From the NCBI RefSeq assembly GCF_037042905.1, contig NC_087245.1:15438001-15502000 (forward strand): a DNA stretch of 64,000 nucleotides. Direction: 5' to 3'. Shown here piece by piece: positions 54,434 through 64,000 of this stretch. Every line of letters begins with the position of its first letter. Positions within the stretch are counted from its first letter, which is position 1. Position numbers and translations under genes: made by a program. This DNA is from Lytechinus pictus. Its lineage: Eukaryota. The notes under the pieces are model-generated. The model was not told the origin of the DNA. It saw only the letters and a program-made list of their open reading frames with translations, and did not search any database.

Positions 54434-55027
54434 TTCAAAGGGGAATGAAACCTTTGGAATAAGTAGGCTTGTGTCAAAACAGAAAAATAAAAGAATAAGA
54501 ACAAAGAAAGTTTGAGAAAAATCTGACAAATATTGAGAAAGTTATGAGCATTTGAATATTGCAATCACTAATGCTAAGGAGATCCTCCAATTGGCAATGC
54601 GACAAGGATGTGTGATGTCACATGTGAACAACTTTCCCTTTGATGGAGTATAAAATACCCTCAAACTGTATCTTTCTGCTTTTTCTTGTGGTGATACAAA
54701 CTCTTTATCCATGATGTATTCTTAAAAAATCTGTATTACATGCCTAACTATAGAAAGAACACATGATCTACTGATAAATGTGATAAAAGAGGCAATTTAA
54801 GTGAAATATATACTAAAGTAATGGGGAGAGTTGTTCACAAGTGACATCACACATCTTTGTCGCATTGCCAATTTGAGGATCTCCATAGCATTAGTGATCG
54901 CAATATTCAAATGCTCATAACTTTCTCATTATTTGTCCGATTTTTCTCAAACTTTCGTTGATCTGTTTCCTTGATTTTTCTGTTTTCACAAAAGCTATCT
55001 TGTTCCAAAGGTTTCATTCTCCTTTAA
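54434..55027. mobile_element. TTAA-type (Kolobok-like) foldback MITE
   Basis: AAAGGGGAATGAAACCTTTGGAA...TTCCAAAGGTTTCATTCTCCTTTAA; about 200-bp inverted arms. Confidence 0.8.
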
Positions 55028-55602
55028 GCACTTGCAGACTTTCCTCTTTTTCCTCTGCATTCAAGTACTTGTGAGGGTTACTGTTGATCAATTTTGACAA
55101 TTTATATACTATACCATTGTAAGCTTAGAAAGTGCTTTTTTCATGCTCAATAAAATATCATTATTCATTTTGGGCAAATCATTGGTTTTGAGGTGGCAGG
55201 TCACATATTGACTTATCATGAAGAGTTGATATTATAACAGAAAATCAGGCCATCAATCCCATATTACAGTTGTTTTCATGTATATTGAATCCTGAGCACC
55301 GACAACCAAAGTCAGGATTAATTGGTGTTCATAATTATACTGTATTCTTGAATTTCACTATGTAAAAAACAATATGAAATCTCAATTTGTAAATGGAGCT
55401 GGTACATGCAGTTAACGACCACCATAATGATTGAGGGTGATAAAAAGAGAGAACAAAATATACTGCTTCCTTGTTCTCATAAACTAAAAATAAAATGGGA
55501 CTTGCAATTTTGAGATCAAATATCATTTAATTCAAATCAGTTGTTAATACTGATTGCATCTCTTTATGTCAGAGAATCCATGACCTGGAGACTAAGGCTT
55601 AC

Positions 55603-55689
55603 CGAGTCCACCCAGACCTCCTCCACTGAGGAGCTGCATCATCTGCTGCTGATCCATGTTTCCTAGCATTGACTGCAAACCTCCCTCAC
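55603..55689 (-). CDS. ADRM1: ADRM1 exon
   Basis: 87 nt, phase 1 to 1: GEGGLQSMLGNMDQQQMMQLLSGGGLGGL, resembling vertebrate ADRM1 GEGGLQSLLGNMS; gtaagc donor. Confidence 0.93.
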
Positions 55690-56617
55690 CTTCAAATAAA
55701 ACAAAACGAGAACAGGTCTTAACTGTTGATGTCTTTAGTGCAAGGCCACTTTTTATAGGCCAGAGTTCTACTTTAAAACACCAAATGAAATATTAAAAGA
55801 GCACACAAATATGAGGCCATTCAAAGTCATGGCCTCAGTGACGTTGGATTAATCTAACCTCCTAGACTTAAAAAAAAATATTATGTTATTCCCCATAAAA
55901 TAACCTTAATAAAATATAAATAAATGCACAAAAATAATTATGAAATGAATAAATGAATAATATAGTAAAAATACCGAGGGTAAAAGGCTTATTTCCCCCC
56001 AAATAATACCACAAGTTATCTGTAAAAGAGCCCCTGAGCATAGACATTTGTTCCAGTACAATATCATATATTCATATGTAATTGTGAATGAACAGAAGTG
56101 ATCCCCCCCCCCCCCTCCAAACAAAAATCAATTTACAGTATGCTCCAGTCACTTATACTTCTTTTGCTAGTTTGCGGGTGTTAGTGGTGCTGATAGGGGG
56201 CTGGGGTGAAGCATTCCATTTTGATTCAATCAAGAAATTCTGAAGTGCCTTATCAAAGGTACAGATGAGAATGAAAAAAAAAGGCCTTTTCATGATTCTC
56301 ATAAATTGAAAAGCATTCGAAAATCTTAAGTAATGAACATAGCACATCAAAATGTACGGTTTGGACAGAGAGGGGTATGAATGTTGCAGTTATTTTGAAA
56401 TAAGTATATTTTCACATGGCAACTATTAATATCTTTCAAGTTCATGTGTAAGTATTTGATCTTGTTGTTTGCTTCTAATGGTTCATGCAGCTCCACTCAT
56501 CCCCCTTTTTTTTTGCAAGATAGGATCATTTCCCAATTCAGGGGTAATAAAATCCATGAATGATCCCATTAATGAAGATGCAGTATTACCACTCCATGCA
56601 GAGAGAAGTATACATAC

Positions 56618-56765
56618 CAAGTGCTGATCCAAGCCCACCCAAGTCGGCTGGCAGACCACCAGTGCCCCGTCCTCCTCCGAGACCACTGGAGCCAGGGGCA
56701 GGTGGATTATTGAGCACATCATTTACCTTCTTGCATAATTCCTCATCCTTATCAGTCTTTGGCTC
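56618..56765 (-). CDS. ADRM1: ADRM1 exon (end of Pru domain, Gly-rich linker)
   Basis: 148 nt, phase 0 to 1: [32 protein letters not shown]...; ttctag acceptor, gtatgt donor. Confidence 0.95.
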
Positions 56766-57300
56766 CTAGAAAAATATATAAGGCAATAATTGAATTGCTA
56801 GTGAAAGGTGACAATTAAAAGACACAATTTCCCTTTAGTATTGGCAATAAAGTATATAACCCACCTCTAATGATATTAAAATGATAAACAAAAAAAAGAA
56901 AACATTAAACTGGGATACATGTCACAACAAAATCATAGTATCTTGGGGTGATTGTTTGTAAATTCATGCATACTTTTATAAATGACTGGAATATGAAGTG
57001 TCAAAATATATTTCCCGATGTTTTAACAAATGTGAAAGAATCTAGCAAAAACAAATGTTTAGGAAAACAATTTCGCTGTAGCAATCATTATCATGAATGC
57101 AGCGAAATTAAACCTAACAATTAACAGAGACACAACAAATTGCAAACTGACTTCAAATTCACAAATGAAGGAACAATTTGGATTAAAAAGCCTAGATAAT
57201 GGAAAGGGGGGGGGGGGGGGAGTAAAAAACACAAGAGTCTCTTTAGGGTTAATACTGTTTTTACATAATATGACAAATTGACAGCCGCATTCATAATCAC

Positions 57301-57417
57301 CTGCATCCAAAAGAAAAATTTGCGAGCAGAAGACTTGAACTTCAGGAGGTAAACCCTTCCAGTGGTGCATTGTGGGACACGCTTGAATTCACAGTCATCA
57401 GGGAATATAATCAGATC
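57301..57417 (-). CDS. ADRM1: ADRM1/Rpn13 exon (C-terminal half of Pru domain); 5'-most exon found in window
   Basis: ag/gt-bounded 117-nt exon encoding [39 protein letters not shown], the recognisable Rpn13 Pru-domain motif. Confidence 0.97.
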
Positions 57418-57654
57418 CTGAAAAACAAAGATTAAATTAAAATCATAATTGTTGAAATACATGGAGCTGTATTATTGTGATTTATTCTAAACAAAATCAC
57501 TTTAGGCAGCTTCATGAATAAGGCGCTGTGTCTTTTCATAGCAAATTTTCCACTGACAAATATCTAGATGAAGAAACATTATAAGAATTGTATAAAGAGG
57601 AGCTAACATTTGACCAGGTGCCTTATATTGTATCTTTTTACAGTTATAAAAAGT

Positions 57655-57934
57655 AACAAGTGGAGTGCCTCTGGCAGTCTCACCTGCATCACGCGATTCA
57701 ATCAGCAGTGCTGACTTTGAACTTTAACATAATTATTCACAAAAAACACAATTCATGTAATGATACAATACTATGTTCATTGACAATAAATGACATTTGA
57801 ACTAGGTCCATATACTTTCTAAGGTATGCTGTCATTTCAAAAACTTAACCTTCGGTTAAGATTTGATGTTGACGCCGCCGTCGTCGGAAAAGCGGTGCCT
57901 ATAGTCTCACTCTGCTATGCAGGTGAGACAAAAA
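57655..57934 (-). mobile_element. Short copy of the same HINE-like element lacking the tandem array
   Basis: Near-identical ends to 62847-63804. Confidence 0.8.
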
Positions 57935-58562
57935 CTAGATTAAATTCATGCATAATAATGAAAATATAAGACTGCTGACTGGACAAACATATATTAAAAA
58001 AAAAAAACAATGAAATACATGTGATTAAAGAGAAAATAGATGAAAAGCAAATAAATACATGTAGAAAAATGATTGTGATAAAAATTTACATAAATTTGAA
58101 GAGAAAAACTTTTTAAAAAGACAAAAATATTGAAAAGATAAAATAGGTGAATATCATTTAACAAACAGACCACCCTAAAACGGACAAACATAAGTGTAAT
58201 GAAAATATGATACAGTGTATAAAATACATGAATATAAAATGAAGAGACTAGTAAATCAAAGAGACAAAATTATTGAAAAGATGAGGAAAGAAGTGAATAT
58301 AATGTTGAAGGGAGTACAAAGGACAAATGAATTTATGAGACAAAGTTAGGATGAATAAGGAAAAGGGTGAACGTTGCAGAGATAGAGATTATCAGACGTG
58401 CATACAGTATTTTACTAAGATATAATAATAAAAAGAGATGATGAATAGAAGGTGAATAATTTATGAATTCATATTTGGAGGTGAAGGTCTAGTTGCTAGT
58501 ATAATATACCATATTTTCTCCTTTCGCATATGATCACATGAACAGGAAAGGTCATACAATAG

Positions 58563-60404
58563 TAGTGCTGCCACCAAACGGATGTCCGAACGGTTTCCGC
58601 CCGCGTGGACGGAAAACGGTTTTCATTTTTCGGGTTCGGGTATCCGTGCACACTGATTCACCACTTTCCTGTCACAAAAACTCATTAAATTTAGTAAGAC
58701 TCACCAACAAAATGTTTTAGTCGCCAATATAATCACCAATATCAATTAATCTTCTTCGGTAATATATTCCCGCCAAAAACCATCGTTTTTATATCAGTTT
58801 TGAAACATGACCTTATATCAGTTTTGGAGCAAGACCGTCCGTGAATGGAGTAAAGTTCCGTTCTGACAACGATGGCGATTTTACTATGGTGTCGTTTATG
58901 ATCGTTTTTCTTTCCCGTCTTATGCTTTGATGATTTCAAATGCGTAACTCATCGTATATTAAACTTTAAACGATAGTTGTTGGAATAAAGGGATTAAATC
59001 ATTAAAGTAGATTAAACATTTAAACAGCGTTATTTTTAAGTTAAAAGTGTGGAGGAAAACTTGAGAACGTATTTCCTTCCTATCAAAATATCCTTGACTG
59101 GCAAGAAGTTGACCTAGAAATAAATTTTAAAATGCCTGTTAATCGAGGCATCTGTTCAGCTCACCAACTCAATTTCATTTCGACTTCTGTTTTAATGTGT
59201 ACTGTCAATTATTATGATACTGATTTACTGGTGATTATGATAATGGCGGACTTTGTGATGAATGATGAGAGTGAAACTGAAATGAATGACGATGATGATG
59301 AGTGATGGCTAGTGAAAATGATTTTAAATGATTTTCAAGATTGGTGAAGATGATAGCGAAGAATGATGATGAGAATTATGAAAGAACGATAATTGTCAAG
59401 TGAAAATCTCTTTCATGAATTAATATTTAATATATAAATTACAAGACACACATTTTCCTTTATTTCAGTTTAAATGGCATATCCACTATAAATTTTGATA
59501 TCCATCATCACGTAAACAACAATACTTAAAAGGCGGTATCGTGCCAGAAAGGTTTATGATGTGCGCCCGCCGAGTATGTGGTCGGTTGTGAATCGACTTG
59601 TTTTTGCAGTAAAACTTACTGGTGATGAATGTAAGTGATTAGTAACTGTTACTGTGATTAAATCTTGTCTTGAATCTTTGTTAGAAGTGTGATTGTGTTT
59701 CAGAAGTTGAGAAATGAGAAGCTTGGCTATAATTTGGGGAATGGGGAGAAACCCGACATGAAAATGAAAATATTCCAAGTACGATCCCATTTGAAGGTGT
59801 AGCGAGTGTAATGTGACCAAATATACATGTATATCGGACGATTCACTCCAGACACGTCCAGACAGGACAGCACGTGCGTGAGCTGAATGATGTAGGCCTG
59901 TCTGGTTTTAGACTTTTCGTAATAGTAGACTCGCACTTACACTCGCCTCGGTCAAATTCATTGCATCTTATTTCATTCGATCGGAACTAAAGTATAAACA
60001 CACATACTCTCGCAACCATTAAATGGGATCGTAACTAGGCCCGACTTGTATAACTCAAATAATAGTCATTTACTAATAGCTTACACAGTCATAAGATCTA
60101 CATTTGTAGCCGTAGCCTCACGCTAATTCACATTAGTCAAATCCGATTGCAAAAAAGATTCAACCCAAAATATTCAGCTTCTCGTAATTTCGCGGTTTTC
60201 AGAAATATTTTAATTAGCGCACGCTGACTCTCGCCATCATCGGATAGGTTCAAAACTCAAATATAACTGAAAATCTTAAATATAACTCAAATAAGTGCAA
60301 ATGGATATTATTTTTTATATTTCAGGGTAAAATTTACCCGACACTGAAAACCGGACGGCGGACGGGTATCCGAATATTGAAATATCCGTTTCAAGTCAGG
60401 CCTA
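58563..60404. mobile_element. Non-autonomous hAT (Ac-like) transposon
   Basis: 8-bp TSD tacaatag at 58555-58562 and 60405-60412; imperfect TIRs TAGTGCTGCCACCAAACGGATGT / TAGGCCTGACTTGAAACGGATAT; subterminal ACGG/AAACGG motifs. Confidence 0.85.
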
Positions 60405-62846
60405 TACAATAGTAATACAAACTGCATTAAAATTCAACAGTAATAATACATGATTTTATTTTATTCAATGACTGTATTTTTGTTTTGGTCCACTTATGCT
60501 TCTAAGATCTAAGTGTCCGATATTTGGGCACTTTACTCCCCGGAGATTTAAAGAATATTGGCTAGTTTATGAGATAATGACCGTCTGCGAAGTATGGACA
60601 CACGCAAAGTTTGGACTCACTGCCATAAATGATTTTTAATTTTACTCTCTGCTCTACTCTAGGACACTTGTTCACTGCAACCATCCTGCCTGTGGGGAAT
60701 CTACAGGTAGGACTATGGCATGCCAATGCTGTACACAGCACACACTTTACAAATGATTAAAATATCACTTTTGTTACCAAAATTACTAATTTCCATACAG
60801 TTGCAATTTATTTTTCATTAGTAACTCGGGAATAATTTTTGTATTCACTAAAGCGCTCAAAAACTTGGATTTTGGGCATATTATTGTGTACGCCCTCTAT
60901 TGGTGGAAAATAATATGGCAAGAAAATTTTCATTTTTTAAATCTCTATAACGGACACGTGCGTCGCGTAATGTTGGGGAAGTACAATAAGAAACAAGATG
61001 GCGACGTAAACATCGGGCAAGTCTCTTCCGTCTTTTCACAATATTTTTTCTCATTTTTTTGTTGAATTCTTGTTTAAAAATAAAACCGAGAGCGTAGAAA
61101 TGTCGGAAATGAAGTTTTATCCCATGTACATGATTTAGGGCTAGATCTTTTGGAAGGAAAGTAGAAATCTCAGACTCAGGGCGAAAGTTTCAGCCTGAAA
61201 TTCAGGTTTTTCAGCGGTACGTGGAGATGAATGGGAAGGAATACCTGGCTTCATTGAGAGTAAGCATACGTTAGTAAATGATTTTTACTCTCTAGCACTC
61301 TAGGCAACACCGCAATACTTACCCGTGTTAATAAACTGGGACTCCACTCATGCGCATTTGGGCCGCCCTAGCTTAGAACTAAAGTTTATTATCTAGAAAT
61401 TGTTAAATTATACTGATAAAATATATTTCATTAAATAGCTTGATACTGTTTGATCGGTACTCACGGGTTCTTTTTTTGCATTTTCAGCCCAATTCTCACA
61501 ATTCTTGGGAAATATTCGCGACAAATCTTGTCGCCATAGACAGCTACATGTCCATCTTTATTTATAAATGGAGCGCCCTTTACGATAGTTGTTAATGCCG
61601 CGGAGAAATCGTTAGGCATTTTGGCCTGTGTTCAAGGCGTAGCTGTTCTTTTTTTTTTTTATAGGTATGAGATCGAAATCACAGCGAGTATTTACACTCT
61701 TCCATAATGATTCCGAAAGGGAAAATGATTCCACATGGGCGCAAATTCCAGGGGGACATGTCCCCCTCACCTAGAATAGTAGGGGGGCACATTATGAAAT
61801 GTCATCCCCCTACTATTTTTGGTCTTTTCATTCAAAATCGAAATAAAATATGTATTTTGGAAGAGACGATCTTACTTTTGGGGTGCCCTTTTTTTTTTGC
61901 TTGTTTGCTTATCAACTTTCTTTTGGTCAAGATGACCTTCTTTTTGGGGTGATAAACCTTCTTTTTTGTTTTTGTTTGTTTGTTTTTTTCTTGTCAATTT
62001 TCCAGCCCCTGGTCCCGGCTACCTTTGGGGAGAGATTTCCGCCCTTGCCTAACAGTACACTTGATATTGTTTGCGAATCTGCGTGGGCGTCGGGGGCTGG
62101 GAGATGAGGAAAAGCGGTGAGACGAGAAAAAAAAATAGAAGGAAAAAGAGGACAGAAAAAAAGTGAACGAAAGAAAAATTAATGGAAAATAAAAGGGAGG
62201 AGAAAATAGTGAGAAAAGTGATGGGTAGGTCGAGATTTTATGTGTCTGTGCAAAAAGAAATGAGCAGAGGTTGAGATGTTGTCTGTTTGGGCAAATGTCT
62301 GTCTGTTTGTTGGACTGGCGCCTGTTGCAAAAATTATTAAGCTGATGGAATCAGAAAGTTCCAACTGCTTCATGTCATACCGACAGTGACAGGATTAAGC
62401 GGTTGTAGGTATAAATCACGCTCTAAAACTGTGTTCTTTATTAAAAAGTTGTCCTTCATATTCATTTTCGCAAAAGAATATCAAGTTTTCAATTAATTGT
62501 CTATAGTTATCCTGTTTATGATAAAAATACTTAGAAATTGGGTTAGGTTAGGGTTATCAAATTATCGGGGCAGAAAATATATTTTTTCAGTTTGCGCGTT
62601 GAGCTGGCATTAGTGATCAGTGAGATTATGTTTTTAATGACATTCATTCTATTCACAGCAATATATTATTAAACATAGCCGCATGAATTATAGATAGGTC
62701 TATAGTTATCAGGTGAATAATTTACCGCTACACACTGATCATGCGGATACTGTTTTGTAAAGGGGAATTTCACCTTGATAAAAAGATTGTGAAAATATAG
62801 GCCAAAGAAAAATAATTTCAAAACATCGGTGAAGGTGTTATTTAAA

Positions 62847-63804
62847 AACAAGTGGAATGCCTCTGGCCGTCTCACCTGCATCACGCGATTCAATATAGCA
62901 GCAGTGCTGATTTTGAAAACTACTATAACTCGCACAAGATGTTCAGTGATACTTGGTTACTCTTATTTCCACGTTTTATGAACTAGACCAATACACTTAT
63001 AGAGATATGATGGCAATTCAACAAATACCCCCAACGTGGCCAAAGTTCTTTGACCTTACATGACCTTTGACCTTGATCATGTGACCTGAAACTCGCACAG
63101 GATGTTCAGTGATACTTGATTACTATTATGTCCAAGTTTTATGAACTAGACCAACACACTTTCAAATTTATGGCTGTAATTCAACAAATACCCCAATTTG
63201 GCCAAAGTTCATTGACCCTAAATGACCTTTGACCTTGATCATATGACCTGAAACTTGCACAGGATGTTCAGTAATACTTGATTACTATTATGTCCAAGTT
63301 TCATGAATCAGATCCATAAACTTTCAAAGTTATGATGGTAATTCAACAGATACCCCCAATTCGGCCAAAGTTCATTGACCCTAAATGACCTTTGACCTTG
63401 GTCATGTGATGTGAAACTCATGCAGGATGTTCAGTGATACTTGATTAACCTTATGTATAAGTTTCATGAACTAGGTCCATATATTTTCTAAGTTATGATG
63501 ACATTTCAAAAACATAACCTTAGGTTAAGATTTTGATGTTGATTCCCCCAACATGGTCTAAGTTCATTGACCCTAAATGACCTTTGACCTTGGTCATGTG
63601 ACATGAAACTCAGGCAGGATGTTCAGTAATACTTGATTAACCTTATGGCCAAGTTTCATGAACTAGGTCCATATACATTCTAAGTTATGCTGTCATTTCA
63701 AAAACTTAACCTCAGGTTAAGATTTGGTGTTGACGCCGCCGCCGCCGCCGCCGTCGGAAAAGCGGCGCCTATAGTCTCACTCTGCTATGCAGGTGAGACA
63801 AAAA
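62847..63804 (-). mobile_element. Helentron-associated (HINE/DINE-1-like) element with internal tandem array
   Basis: Subterminal inverted repeat GTCTCACCTGCAT / ATGCAGGTGAGAC, terminal hairpin, (GCC)n microsatellite, about 5 tandem units of 162-192 bp, T-rich ends. Confidence 0.8.
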
Positions 63805-64000
63805 TGGAGTTAGTAGAATTTCGAATGCTTGATTTGTGACGTCATAAACGAGCAGTTGCTCAATATTCTATGTAATATAAAATGCCAAAATTTCCCATTT
63901 TTAATGGTCCGTAATGACCCACTTTTTTCTTTTTGGAGAGAGTATGAAGTTATCTATTGATATACTGAATGTACAATAAAAGTCATTATCACGTATTTCT

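Noticed and set aside
62938-63700. Regularly spaced repeats suggesting a CRISPR array
   Set aside because: Whole units repeat with no unique spacers; eukaryotic context, no cas genes
63804-63839. MELVEFR on the + strand resembling Rpn13 LVEFRAGK
   Set aside because: Wrong strand, stops after 11 codons, diverges immediately

Overview
AT-rich, intron- and repeat-dense animal genomic DNA. The repeat families suggest a sea urchin or related marine deuterostome (inference). Almost all ORFs in the six-frame track are spurious. Two spliced genes lie on the minus strand. (1) ADRM1/Rpn13, the proteasome ubiquitin receptor: nine phase-consistent exons from 57417 down to the stop at 47924; I could not find the N-terminal Pru exon(s) in the window. 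(2) An unidentified gene I assembled by hand from phase-consistent exons (33739-33676, 25095-25062, 19743-19330, 18005-17961, 11798-11676, 428-344; it continues past position 1). It has an Arg-rich segment full of PKA-type sites, candidate alternative first exons, candidate microexons and RFX X-boxes. Introns hold hAT, Tc1/mariner and TTAA-type MITEs, SINEs, Helentron-like elements with internal satellite units, an L2/CR1 3' fragment and a decayed Crypton tyrosine recombinase. The most notable signals are a SINE with a 7SL/Alu-domain head on a tRNA B-box plus Deu-like core (35187-35371) and a ~300-bp inverted repeat pair bracketing the start-codon exon of gene 2.
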